This document shows positions 16,943-26,615 of a stretch of DNA of 64,000 bases, one piece after another (within the stretch, counting starts at the first letter, position 1; every line of letters starts with the position of its first letter). The stretch is from an uncultured Candidatus Saccharibacteria bacterium. GTDB lineage: Bacteria; Patescibacteriota; Saccharimonadia; Saccharimonadales; Saccharimonadaceae. The stretch spans positions 64,233-128,232 of the forward strand of contig CAMPCN010000001.1 of assembly GCA_946646285.1 (NCBI GenBank). Direction: 5' to 3'. Both the position numbers and the translations under genes were made by a program. The notes beneath the pieces are model-generated. The model had not been told where the DNA came from, searched no databases, and worked only from the letters and a program-made list of their open reading frames with translations.

Positions 16943-18565
16943 TTAGTACATTCCGCCCATGTTAGCGCCGGCGGTAGCGTCGTTCTTCTCTGGGAGTTCA
17001 ACAACGAGCGCACCCATAGTGATGGTAGTAGCAGCGATACTGACGGCGTTTTGAACGGCTTCGCGAGTAACGCGGGCTGGGTCGATGACGCCAGCTTTCT
17101 TGAGGTCGATAAGACCTTTTTCTGGGGTCATAACATTAATGCCCTGCCCGTCTTTGGCAGCTTCAACTTCGGCGAGAAGAGCTTGGCTATTTAGACCGGC
17201 ATTCTCGGTAATATGAACAAATGGAGCTTTGAGAGCATTCTTTAGAATAGTTGTGCCGGCATTGTCATCTTTAAGCTTTTTGCTAAGGTTGACAAGCGTA
17301 ACGCCGCCACCTGGAACGATACCTTCGTCGAGCGCGGCTTTGGTAGCAGCAACCGCATCGTCGACGCGATATTTTTTCTCGTCGATTTCGGTTTCGGTAG
17401 CACCACCAACTTTAATAACGGCGACGCGACCCTTGAGAGCGGCGGCACGTTTGTTGAATTCGCCAGTTTCGTAATCGGAATTGGAAGCTTCAGCTTGCGC
17501 TTCAATCTGGGTGATGCGAGCTTTAACGTCGGCCTGTTTCCCTGCGCCCTTAATAATAGTAGTTTCATCTTTAGTGGCAATGATTTTATGGGCGGAGCCG
17601 AGAACTTCGAGGCCGGAATTTTCGAGGCTCATACCCTTGTCGGCGGAAACAACGGTTGCGCCAGTAAGGATGGCGATATCTTCCATAATTTCCTTGCGGC
17701 GATCACCGAAGGCTGGAGCTTTGAGAACGAGCGTATTAAATACACCTTTGAGTTTATTGAGGACGAGGACGCTAAGTGCTTCGCCTTCGACTTCTTCGGC
17801 GATAATTACGAGATCCTTGCGACCGGTTTGAGCCATTTTTTCGAGGAATGGAACAATGTCGTTGACTGCAGAAATCTTCTTGTCGGTGATGAGAATTTCT
17901 GGTTTGTCGAAAACGGCTTCTTGACGGTTGGCGTCAGTAATAAAGAATGCAGATGCAAAACCTTTATCATAGGTGAAACCTTCGGTGATTTCAGATTGCA
18001 TTTCGAGGCCTTGCCCCTGCTCTACTGTAACAACGCCATCTTTGCCGATTTTTTCGATGACGTCAGCGATGAGTTTGCCTATTTCGGCGTCGCCAGCAGA
18101 AATAGTGGCAACTTCAGCGATTTTTTGACTATCGCCGTCGATTTTTTCGGCGGTTTTGTTGATGTCTTTAACGATTTCTGCGCCAGCAAGTTCAATGCCT
18201 TTACGGAGGTCCATTGGGTTATGTCCGGCAGCAATAAGTTTGTTGGCTTCAGCAATAATATTATAAGTTAGGACAGTTACGGTAGTGGTGCCATCGCCAG
18301 CAACCTTATTGAGCTTTTGAGCTGCGGTCTTAATAAGTTTGGCGCCCATCTCGTAACCAAGAGTTTCGTCATCTTCTTTTGGAAGTTCGACGGCTTCGGC
18401 AACAGTTACGCCATCATGCGTAATAGTCGGAGCCCCATAACTCTTTTCGATAATTACATTACGGCCCTTAGGACCAAAAGTGACCTTTACGGCGTCATAT
18501 AGTGCCTTAGCGCCACCGAGGATTTTCTCGCGAGCTTCGGCGTCATAAAAAACTTTCTTTGCCAT
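16943..18565 (-). CDS. groL: Chaperonin GroEL (Cpn60)
   Basis: AKKVFYDAEAREKILGGAKALYDAVKVTFGPKGRNV...AGDGTTT...VAVIKVGGATE and a C-terminal GGM-type tail. Confidence 0.97.
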   Translation of the reverse strand: MAKKVFYDAEAREKILGGAKALYDAVKVTFGPKGRNVIIEKSYGAPTITHDGVTVAEAVELPKEDDETLGYEMGAKLIKTAAQKLNKVAGDGTTTVTVLTYNIIAEANKLIAAGHNPMDLRKGIELAGAEIVKDINKTAEKIDGDSQKIAEVATISAGDAEIGKLIADVIEKIGKDGVVTVEQGQGLEMQSEITEGFTYDKGFASAFFITDANRQEAVFDKPEILITDKKISAVNDIVPFLEKMAQTGRKDLVIIAEEVEGEALSVLVLNKLKGVFNTLVLKAPAFGDRRKEIMEDIAILTGATVVSADKGMSLENSGLEVLGSAHKIIATKDETTIIKGAGKQADVKARITQIEAQAEASNSDYETGEFNKRAAALKGRVAVIKVGGATETEIDEKKYRVDDAVAATKAALDEGIVPGGGVTLVNLSKKLKDDNAGTTILKNALKAPFVHITENAGLNSQALLAEVEAAKDGQGINVMTPEKGLIDLKKAGVIDPARVTREAVQNAVSIAATTITMGALVVELPEKNDATAGANMGGMY

Positions 18566-18575
18566 GTGTTCTCCT

Positions 18576-18830
18576 TTATAGAGTTGCTAGGATATCTTCT
18601 TCTTTAATAATGAGGTAATCGGTATTTTCGTACTTTATCTCTGATGCGGAATAATCGCGATATAGAATGCGGTCACCCTTTTTGACATTTTTGACATCTG
18701 GACCGACCGATTCGACAACTGCAGTGTTCTGCTTCTCTTTTGCTTCGCCGAGAAGGATACCAGAGGCGGTTTGCTCGACGGCGGCGTCTTTTTTAGCGAC
18801 TACGCGATCGGCAAGTGGTTTAATAGCCAT
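18576..18830 (-). CDS. groS: Co-chaperonin GroES (Cpn10)
   Basis: IKPLADRVVAKK...SGILL...GDRILYRDYSASEIKYENTDYLIIKEEDILA, with an AGGAGG SD. Confidence 0.93.
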   Translation of the reverse strand: MAIKPLADRVVAKKDAAVEQTASGILLGEAKEKQNTAVVESVGPDVKNVKKGDRILYRDYSASEIKYENTDYLIIKEEDILATL

Positions 18831-18861
18831 GAATTTCCTCCTAATACTTTGTTATGATTTC

Positions 18862-18890
18862 AGTGTAGCGCAGCAAATTAGCACTGTCAA
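18862..18890 (-). promoter_or_regulatory. Sigma70-like promoter of groES-groEL (TTGACA-17-TACACT)
   Basis: On the minus strand the -35 is at 18890-18885 and the -10 at 18867-18862. The -35 lies inside the CIRCE spacer. Confidence 0.6.
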
Positions 18891-18904
18891 GCGTCGAGTG
18901 CTAA
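18878..18904. promoter_or_regulatory. CIRCE operator (HrcA-binding inverted repeat)
   Basis: TTAGCACTG-N9-GAGTGCTAA, against the consensus TTAGCACTC-N9-GAGTGCTAA. Confidence 0.9.
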
Positions 18905-19389
18905 ATGCTTATTTTAAAACGTTGCTTAAAGATGCGCGTTATATTGTTGAGGAAGAGTTGTATTAATATTGGAATACTAATGCCAGCAATAAGATGGAAA
19001 ATTTGGGATTGAAGTAGACCGGAAGGATAGTATAAATACCAAATTTGATTTAAAGGTAGCTACATCAAAACGCCCGGCGTGGAAGATTTTCGTGAGCAGT
19101 AGCCCATAAAATGAATTTATTATAAAGAAACCGAGAAAATGATTGACCATAATATGGAAACAGGTCAGCGAGGATGTTTATACCGCCGCCATTACAGTGC
19201 CCTGCCACGATCATAATCATGCCGATGGCATAAAGAATTTTGAAACGATAATCGATTTTATAGTCGGTGGACGACTTCGGATTGACGGAATGGTTAGGCA
19301 TAATCGGATTATACCATGAGACGTAAGAGACATTTAAATAAGCTTAAAAATTATGTATAATACGGGTATAGATAAAAAGGGTCAAAGAA

Positions 19390-21369
19390 ATGGATTTCGA
19401 AAAAGAGCAAAAAAATGAAGCTCTAGATTCGTTTGGTCAGCAAGATGGTGTAAATATGGATGAAAAACCCATAGATTCAACCGTCGATAATGTAACCGGG
19501 GGCGATTCTAGTGAGGTAATAGCGAATAGTACGGCTGGAGAAGAAGTTACTGAGATGGATAGCAGCGATGCGGCTGAAGAAAAAACTACAGAAGCGGGCG
19601 CTAGTGACGCGGCTGAAGGAAAAACTACAGAAGCGAGTGCTGGTGATGTAACTGAGGAGAAGGCTACAGAGATTAGTGCGGATAGTTTAGCTGGACAAAA
19701 CGTGACAAGCACCGCTGGAGTTGGTGTAATTAATACTAGTAACGGCGAAACGAAGAAAAAAGGTCACGGTCGTGTTTTGGCGCTAGCGGCAGTATTAATA
19801 CTAATAATGGTTGGCTGTGTAGGCGCATATTTTATGTTATTACCGAAGCCGAGCGATAAAAAAGAAGACAAAAAAACTGAGGAGAAAAAAGAAGAAGTAT
19901 CTTCATATCGCTTGAGCGGAAATGATTTGAGTGATTTTGATTTGCGTTTCTTGCAGATTGAAGGAAAAGAAGACAATTTAATATATAGCCCACTTTCGAT
20001 TAAGTATGCTTTGGCGATGCTTAAGGATGGCGCTGGCGGTGAAACAAAGAAGCAAATTGAAGATTTAATTGGCGATTATAAGGCGAAAAAATATATTAAT
20101 AGTAAGAACATTTCTCTTGCTAATGCGATGTTTATTCGTGATGAATACAAAGAACAAGTGTTGGACAGCTATATTACTGGCTTGAAGACGAATTATAATG
20201 CCGATGTACTCTACGATTCCTTCGCGGCTCCTACGGCGATTAATAATTGGATTAGTGATAAGACTTTAGGGCTAATTAATAATGCATTAGGTCAAGAAGA
20301 TCTTGATGGGCTAAATTATGCATTAATTAATGCTTTGGCGATTGATCAAAATTGGAATTATGTGTTGCAATGTCAGCCACACTCAAGCGTGCCATGTAAA
20401 ACGCAACCCGATGGGTCGACTATGTATAATATTAGATACGATCATGAGAATTATAACCAATATATCCCCATTGTGGTAGATGAAAATGATTTTCCTGCAA
20501 TGAAGTTCAATAATTTAGATAATAGAAAGTCTGTTAAGATTGGTGCAAGTTTTAATAAATACGACATCATTAAGGATAAGGGTGAAGATGCTATTAGGAC
20601 GAAAGTAACCGAGGAATATAAGAAGTGGTTGACGACCGATGATGGTAAGTGGGTTTTGGATGACTATAAGGAAGATCCAACGCGTCATACAATAGACCCT
20701 TCTGATGTAAAAGCAAATGTGGAACAGTATATAAAAGAATTGAAGAACAATTATGGTAGAGAGAATTCTTCAACCGATTTCTACTTTAGTGATGCGAGTG
20801 ACGCGAAAGTGTTCGCAAAAGACCTAAAAGAGTATGACGGGAACACTTTGCAATATGTCGGTATTATGCCGAAAAATACGGACTTAAAGACTTTCATAAG
20901 TGATTTTACAGCCGAAAAGGGGTCAGAGTATATTAAGGGCCTTAAAGAATTGAAGAAGGAGAACTTTAAAGATGGAGTTGTGACGCGTATTGATGCGAAT
21001 ATTCCACTCTTTAAATATGATTACAACTTAGCTCTGAAAGATGACTTGGTTGCGATGGGCGTGAAAGATGTTTTCGAATCGGGCAAGGCTGACTTGTCGA
21101 GTCTCTCGAAAGAAGGATCGTATATTGGCGTAGCTAAACATAAAGCTAATATAGAGTTCTCAAATGAAGGCATTAAAGCTGGTGCTGCAACCATAATGGG
21201 CGGTCTTGGCGGCGGCGGTATCGGATTCGAGTATCTATGGGATGTGCCGGTAGAAAAAATTGATTTAACATTTGATAAACCGTTTATATATCTAATTCGC
21301 GATAAGAACAGCGGCGAAGTTTGGTTTGTCGGTACGGTCTATGAGCCTCTAGAAAAAGTTAAAAAATAA
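19390..21369 (+). CDS. Membrane-anchored serpin-family protein with acidic repeat N-terminus
   Basis: An N-terminal (S/A)xD(A/V)xE(E/G)K(T/A)TE x3 is followed by a TM helix (VLALAAVLILIMVGCVGAYFML). The serpin core shows NLIYSPLSIKYALAMLKDGAGGETKKQIEDLIG, hinge NEGIKAGAAT and C-terminal FDKPFIYLIRDKNSGEVWFVGTVYEP. Confidence 0.8.
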   Translation: MDFEKEQKNEALDSFGQQDGVNMDEKPIDSTVDNVTGGDSSEVIANSTAGEEVTEMDSSDAAEEKTTEAGASDAAEGKTTEASAGDVTEEKATEISADSLAGQNVTSTAGVGVINTSNGETKKKGHGRVLALAAVLILIMVGCVGAYFMLLPKPSDKKEDKKTEEKKEEVSSYRLSGNDLSDFDLRFLQIEGKEDNLIYSPLSIKYALAMLKDGAGGETKKQIEDLIGDYKAKKYINSKNISLANAMFIRDEYKEQVLDSYITGLKTNYNADVLYDSFAAPTAINNWISDKTLGLINNALGQEDLDGLNYALINALAIDQNWNYVLQCQPHSSVPCKTQPDGSTMYNIRYDHENYNQYIPIVVDENDFPAMKFNNLDNRKSVKIGASFNKYDIIKDKGEDAIRTKVTEEYKKWLTTDDGKWVLDDYKEDPTRHTIDPSDVKANVEQYIKELKNNYGRENSSTDFYFSDASDAKVFAKDLKEYDGNTLQYVGIMPKNTDLKTFISDFTAEKGSEYIKGLKELKKENFKDGVVTRIDANIPLFKYDYNLALKDDLVAMGVKDVFESGKADLSSLSKEGSYIGVAKHKANIEFSNEGIKAGAATIMGGLGGGGIGFEYLWDVPVEKIDLTFDKPFIYLIRDKNSGEVWFVGTVYEPLEKVKK

Positions 21370-21443
21370 TATCTTTCAAAAAAGGGCGAGCGAAGGCTTG
21401 CCCTTTTTGGTGATGTGACTATTGTTTTGCATGATTAGTTTAG

Positions 21444-21452
21444 TGATATGAT
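21444..21452 (+). promoter_or_regulatory. Extended -10 (TGaTATGAT) 6 nt upstream of murE ATG; leaderless candidate
   Basis: TGATATGAT-gactat-ATG. Confidence 0.4.
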
Positions 21453-21458
21453 GACTAT

Positions 21459-22718
21459 ATGAGTGTAAAAGAAAAAATTCCTTTTTATGATAGCTTAGTG
21501 ATTCCCTACCATGTTGGAAAAGCGGCGTTTTGGGGTGCACGGTATGGCTTTCCTGGCCGCAAACTGAAGGTTATTGGTGTTACTGGTACCAATGGTAAGA
21601 CTACGACTTCGTTTATGATTTGGAAGATGTTAAATAACGCTGGTCGCAAGGCGGGATTGATGACAACGGTAGGTTGGGGTGTTGATGAAATACACGAGCA
21701 AATGGAACATATGACTACGGTCGATTCTAGCATCTTGAATAAGCGAATAAAGAAAATAGCGGATGCTGGGGTTGAATATTTGGTTTTAGAGTTAACGAGT
21801 CATGCGCTTGCACAACATCGCAGTTTAGGTATACCGATAGAGGTAGCAGTAATGACGAATGTAACGCATGAGCATTTGGACTACCATAAGACATTTGAGA
21901 GGTATCGCGATGCGAAGCGAAAGCTGTTTAAGCAGGCAAAATATGGCGTAGTAAATGCCGATGACCCAAGCGCGGAATATTTTGAATCTGATATTGAGAG
22001 ATATGTAACCTATGGCGTTGATTATGGCGAGCTGAAAGCTGAAAATATCAAGTTGAAGCCCGATGGGGTGGAGTACGTAATTCCATCCGAGAAGGATCTT
22101 AAAATAAAAACGCAAATTGCGGGCATTTTTAATGTCTATAATTCCCTGGCCTGCGTAGCGGTAGGTAAGCGTTTGGGATTGTCTGATAGTGAAATAAAGG
22201 ATGGTATTTTTGCTTTAGCTGAAGTGGAAGGCCGTATGGTGAAAGTTGACGAAGGACAAAATTTTACAGCTATTATGGATTATGCGCATACTCCAGATGC
22301 TTTTGAAAAGCTGCTCCCAGACATGAAGAAAGCGACCACTGGCAGATTGATTGTAGTATTTGGTTCAGCTGGTGGTCGTCGCGACCCATCGAAGCGAAAA
22401 CCGATGGGTGAAATCGCTGGCGAGCATGCAGATATTTTAGTCTTAACCGAAGAGGATGACCGCGATACGCCGGGCGAAGAGATACTTGAACAGATTGCTG
22501 AGGGGGCGCGTGAGAAAGGAAAAAAGGATGGTGAGAGTATTTTTAAGATATTAAATCGTCCAAAAGCGATTCTTGAAGCATGCAAGATGGCGAAGAAAGG
22601 TGATACGGTGCTATTTCTCGGTAAAGGTAATGAAAAAACTATTGAGCGAGCGGATGGTGCGCATGCATATTATGAGTTGGACGAAATAAAGAAAGCTCTA
22701 CGCGCAATAAAAAAATAA
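21459..22718 (+). CDS. murE: Mur ligase, MurE-like (UDP-MurNAc-L-Ala-D-Glu : diamino acid ligase), short N-terminal domain
   Basis: VIGVTGTNGKTTTSFMI P-loop, LVLELTSHAL, MTNVTHEHLDYH and DYAHTPDAFEKLL...VFGSAGGRRDPSKRKPMG. Confidence 0.8.
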   Translation: MSVKEKIPFYDSLVIPYHVGKAAFWGARYGFPGRKLKVIGVTGTNGKTTTSFMIWKMLNNAGRKAGLMTTVGWGVDEIHEQMEHMTTVDSSILNKRIKKIADAGVEYLVLELTSHALAQHRSLGIPIEVAVMTNVTHEHLDYHKTFERYRDAKRKLFKQAKYGVVNADDPSAEYFESDIERYVTYGVDYGELKAENIKLKPDGVEYVIPSEKDLKIKTQIAGIFNVYNSLACVAVGKRLGLSDSEIKDGIFALAEVEGRMVKVDEGQNFTAIMDYAHTPDAFEKLLPDMKKATTGRLIVVFGSAGGRRDPSKRKPMGEIAGEHADILVLTEEDDRDTPGEEILEQIAEGAREKGKKDGESIFKILNRPKAILEACKMAKKGDTVLFLGKGNEKTIERADGAHAYYELDEIKKALRAIKK

Positions 22719-22753
22719 GAAATACACAAAATTCCCTCATGTGAGGGGATTTT

Positions 22754-25747
22754 TTGATGATGCCAGAAAATAATTATGTTTTATTTGGTATAATAACTGT
22801 AGAAAAGGTGGAGATGGATAGGAATAAGCTAGATGATAGCGGGATGCTCTATATTAGGCCTGCTAAAGATAGTTTGAAAAATGAAGAGCGTCAACAAGTG
22901 GCGCCTGCTCAAAGTAGTGGACGAATAAATATTGATAGACCGGTAAATAGCTATACGTCGGCACAGAAAGTAGAAACACCAACTCAGGTTGCCACTTCAC
23001 CCTCGGCGCAAGCTTCTCCGCTCACCCCTGCCGTATCTGCTGTCCCTATCGCGCCCGTACCGAATGTTCCAGTAAATAATATTTCGCAGCCGCAAATAGA
23101 ACAGACACAAAAGGATGAGCACGAGCCAAGAAGAAGATCGAAAGCTATTTTTGTTTTTTTGATTATTGCAGTCGTGTTGATAATCGGTGGCGGAGTGTTA
23201 TTTTGGTTGTTGAATAGTGGTGATTTCAAATGGAAAGAAGCTTATGGCGATATTGGGCTAGACTATGTGACGCAAACGAAAATAAAGTTAGACATAGATG
23301 CGGATGACAATATTTTGGAGGGGATCAGCTATTCTGGATTTTGCGATAGAAACGAAAACGTTAAACAGCCGGAGCGTGATGAAAGCGGTATTGTGTGGGA
23401 TTTGAGCGACGGCGTCGGAAAGTGCACCATTAAAGCGCGGCGCAACTTAAAGGTTATCGAGAAAAGCTTCGTAGTAGTTCCGAAGGAGTTGGAGCACGAA
23501 GATTTAGGCTTAGAGGATATTTATCGGGTTAATATCGGTTCAGATAATGATGAGGACGGAGATGGTTTGATAAATAAGCGTGAAAAAGCTTTAAAAACGA
23601 AGATTGACTTAACTGATACGGATGGCGATGGTTTGTCTGATGGATATGAGGTGGATACTCTGAAGACTGATCCGCTAAAGGCAGATACGGATAATGATGG
23701 TCTAAATGATGCAAGCGAAATAAAAATGAACTTGAACCCATTAAAAGAAGATTCAAAGGGCGATGGTGTTAAGGATGGCGACCGTACGACCAGTTATGTG
23801 TATAAAGATAATGGTGTTACGGTTAGTATTAGTGGAACCGGCAATATTGCAAATGTAACAATAGACACAACAAATGGTGCAGCGTTGAGCAAAAAGACTG
23901 GATTAATACCGCGGTTATATAGTTTTTATGCTGATGGCAAGGTAAATGATGTTACGGTATCGATTTCGTATACAGATGCAGAGTTAATTAATGCGAAGAT
24001 ATCAGAGAATGATCTAGTTTTGTATAAATATGCTCTGAATGACAACAAATATGTAGCTATCGATACGAAGATTAATAAAGCGGCAAAGACAATATCGGCC
24101 AAGTTGGATGATTTAAGTTCATATTATGTAGTTGGCTCAAAAAAGAGCTCTAATCTTGACAGCGTGGACTCTGAGATTTTGTTTGTGCTTGATAACTCAT
24201 GGAGCATGTATACGAATGAACAATACAAAAAGATGAAGGGGGCGGATTATCCGAAGAAGCTAGAAGGAAATGATCCAGAGGGGCGTCGCTACAAACTAAC
24301 GAAAGAGTTGATAAAAAAACTAGATTCTAAAGGCGCAAAAGTTGGAATAAGTGAGTTTAGCGGAGATTACGTGACGGTCGAAAAAATTGGGTCTAAGCTT
24401 GATACGATGGAAAAGACCTTAGATGGCATGAATGAACATCAATATATAAAACAGGCTGGGACAAATATAACTAATGCAATCAGAAGTGGAGCGCGCGAGT
24501 TTTCTGCGAAAGCGAGCTTGAAGACCTTGATTCTTTTAACGGATGGACAAGATAATGGTAATCTTGCTCAGCAGGTTGGGGCTTTAACAAATGAGATGGT
24601 GAATCAGAATGTGCGTATATGCGTATTAGGTTTTGGCGAAGGAGCCTATAGTAATAATCTCTCTATAATTACCGCGAGGACGGGATGTCGATACTTCTCG
24701 AGTACTAATGTAAGTGGTTTGGATGAGATATTTAAGAACCTGGAAATACTATTAAATGACGAGTTGGCCGATATTGATGGTGATGGGAAGATGGATGGAT
24801 ATGTGATGGCCGACAGTGGTTTTATTGTAACTCGTGACGGTTTTTCATTTAAGAATTATAGTTCAAATCTAATGACGGATGGTCATTGCTATGGGATGGC
24901 AACATTTGCGCAATTATATTACGCAAAGAAAATGCCCCTGCGACATGATGCGATTAAAAATGCTGGCTTAAGTTCGTCTGCGTATAATCTAAATTGGTCG
25001 TATTTTAAAGACTATGAGAATTTGTATGATTATAAATTGAAGACTAATGCCCTAAAGTATGTGCCGCAATTTGGCTTTGATTATTTTGGTGAACAAGAGC
25101 CTGCAAATATGTATACGGTTAATGATGGAGTAATCGGCTATACGGAGGATATGCGCTCAAAGATTAACGAGACTGGTTTATATGAGTTCTACAACGATAA
25201 GCCAAGTCATAAGTCGGATGCACAAATTCAGCGATATGGCTTTTCATACTCTTCGATGACAAAGGCGCGTTTAAGTGAAACGAAAATGCAAAATAGCGCA
25301 ACGATAAATGACGTTGACAGAAGCTTATTTAATGCCATATATGCATCGCAAATACGTCAAACGACAGTAAAAATGTATAGCTCTGGTAGTGCGATTGGTA
25401 TTGATTCGACGGTAGTCAACAATAGCACGAAGCACATGACGAATTCAAACGATTTCATTTCCCTGCTTTCTTCGCGAATTGCGCGACATGAGGCGCCGGT
25501 GATATTAGCTTATTTTTCGGGTGGTTTGCATGCAATGAATGCGATTAACTTGGTGCAAGACGCAAAGAATTCAAATCATTACTACATTGGTGTTTATGAT
25601 AGTAGTTATCCTGGCGAGAAGCGTTATCTTGAGCTGAGCTGTAGTAAATATAGTTGTACGACAAAAGCAAATAGCTATTATGGCGAGTCTGGCGAAGTGA
25701 TTAGGATGTCAATTTCGCAGGACGAAGATTTGAAACATTTTAAATAG
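22754..25747 (+). CDS. Large membrane-anchored protein: TM helix, thrombospondin type-3-like Ca-binding repeats, vWA domain, C-terminal Cys-motif (GHCYG) domain
   Basis: DxDxDG repeats (DTDGDGLSDGYEVDTLKTDPLKADTDNDGLNDASE). The vWA MIDAS-like motif is ILFVLDNSWSM...ILLTDGQDN. The C-terminal domain has DGHCYGMATFA and GGLHAMNA. The start is ambiguous (TTG 22754, ATG 22757 or ATG 22814). Confidence 0.7.
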   Translation: MMMPENNYVLFGIITVEKVEMDRNKLDDSGMLYIRPAKDSLKNEERQQVAPAQSSGRINIDRPVNSYTSAQKVETPTQVATSPSAQASPLTPAVSAVPIAPVPNVPVNNISQPQIEQTQKDEHEPRRRSKAIFVFLIIAVVLIIGGGVLFWLLNSGDFKWKEAYGDIGLDYVTQTKIKLDIDADDNILEGISYSGFCDRNENVKQPERDESGIVWDLSDGVGKCTIKARRNLKVIEKSFVVVPKELEHEDLGLEDIYRVNIGSDNDEDGDGLINKREKALKTKIDLTDTDGDGLSDGYEVDTLKTDPLKADTDNDGLNDASEIKMNLNPLKEDSKGDGVKDGDRTTSYVYKDNGVTVSISGTGNIANVTIDTTNGAALSKKTGLIPRLYSFYADGKVNDVTVSISYTDAELINAKISENDLVLYKYALNDNKYVAIDTKINKAAKTISAKLDDLSSYYVVGSKKSSNLDSVDSEILFVLDNSWSMYTNEQYKKMKGADYPKKLEGNDPEGRRYKLTKELIKKLDSKGAKVGISEFSGDYVTVEKIGSKLDTMEKTLDGMNEHQYIKQAGTNITNAIRSGAREFSAKASLKTLILLTDGQDNGNLAQQVGALTNEMVNQNVRICVLGFGEGAYSNNLSIITARTGCRYFSSTNVSGLDEIFKNLEILLNDELADIDGDGKMDGYVMADSGFIVTRDGFSFKNYSSNLMTDGHCYGMATFAQLYYAKKMPLRHDAIKNAGLSSSAYNLNWSYFKDYENLYDYKLKTNALKYVPQFGFDYFGEQEPANMYTVNDGVIGYTEDMRSKINETGLYEFYNDKPSHKSDAQIQRYGFSYSSMTKARLSETKMQNSATINDVDRSLFNAIYASQIRQTTVKMYSSGSAIGIDSTVVNNSTKHMTNSNDFISLLSSRIARHEAPVILAYFSGGLHAMNAINLVQDAKNSNHYYIGVYDSSYPGEKRYLELSCSKYSCTTKANSYYGESGEVIRMSISQDEDLKHFK

Positions 25748-25754
25748 AGTATAT

Positions 25755-26603
25755 CTAGCTGAGCCAAAGGCTGACACAACGGATATATCCGCCACCTTTT
25801 TTGAGTTCGGTGACATCCGGCGTGAGACAAATGAGTCCGCGTTTTTCGAGTGCTGATTGAAGTTTTGGGGCTTTATTTGACATGATGACATGTTTGCCAG
25901 TGCTTACGAGATTATTAGCGAAGCCTTTAGTGCATTCTTCGTAGTCGACGAGGATAGTATCAAGGTTGAGTGATTGGAGTTTTTGATTTGATTGGTCGTC
26001 GAGGGCGTCAGGACAATAGGCGATAGTATGATCGTCAATGACAGATACAGCGAGATCGATATCGTACCAGAAACTGTCGGCATGATTTGTGACCGGATTA
26101 ATATGTTCGCTCCCATCGGGATTCAGTTGTGGTTTTGCGTGAAGCTGAATAAGCTCAAGACCGAGCGTGTCTGCAGCGAATTGCTGGGCTTCTGGGTCAG
26201 AACGATAACCGCAACCACCCAATAAATATTTGCCGCAACGAAGCGAATCGCCCTGCCCTGAAAAAAGATGATTCCCTGGGACGAGGACAGTCTTTATTCC
26301 TTGCTGTTCGAGTATTTTGCGTGCATAGTTTTCTTCTGCTTTGCGAGCTTCTGGAAGGCGTGACATGACGGCGGTGCCGTCTTTTATGAGGGCCCAATTG
26401 GCAGTATAGACACCATCCTGGCAGTTTTTTGGTGGCTTAACTTTAATAAGTTCAATGTTTGCTTCTTTAAAACAATCGAGTATCAGCTCGTGCTCTGCCA
26501 TTGCTTTATTGATGTCGATTTTATTTTGCGTGTAATATGGGTTGATTTCGTATGTGTCCGCAAAATAGTCGGCACCAGAAACTAGCAGCTTTTGGTTTAT
26601 CAT
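25755..26603 (-). CDS. Amidinotransferase-fold (guanidino-group modifying enzyme superfamily; DDAH/arginine-deiminase-like) protein
   Basis: C-terminal KKGGGYIRCVSLWL resembles the GGGxxRC catalytic Cys motif. SGQGDSL and YDIDLA resemble the other conserved blocks. Confidence 0.65.
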   Translation of the reverse strand: MINQKLLVSGADYFADTYEINPYYTQNKIDINKAMAEHELILDCFKEANIELIKVKPPKNCQDGVYTANWALIKDGTAVMSRLPEARKAEENYARKILEQQGIKTVLVPGNHLFSGQGDSLRCGKYLLGGCGYRSDPEAQQFAADTLGLELIQLHAKPQLNPDGSEHINPVTNHADSFWYDIDLAVSVIDDHTIAYCPDALDDQSNQKLQSLNLDTILVDYEECTKGFANNLVSTGKHVIMSNKAPKLQSALEKRGLICLTPDVTELKKGGGYIRCVSLWLS

Positions 26604-26615
26604 ATACTCCTTTGG

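Noticed and set aside
17229-18502. Plus-strand ORFs up to 258 aa inside groEL
   Set aside because: They are antisense to an unmistakable GroEL and have no independent signals.
19065-19301. 78-aa minus-strand ORF resembling the first TM segments of an acyltransferase-3 (OafA-like) protein (YRFKILYAIGMIMIVAGHC)
   Set aside because: It is too short and the match too weak to call. The frame ends in TGA followed quickly by TAA, and no downstream frames continue the family pattern. It is possibly a gene remnant but is not supportable as a feature.
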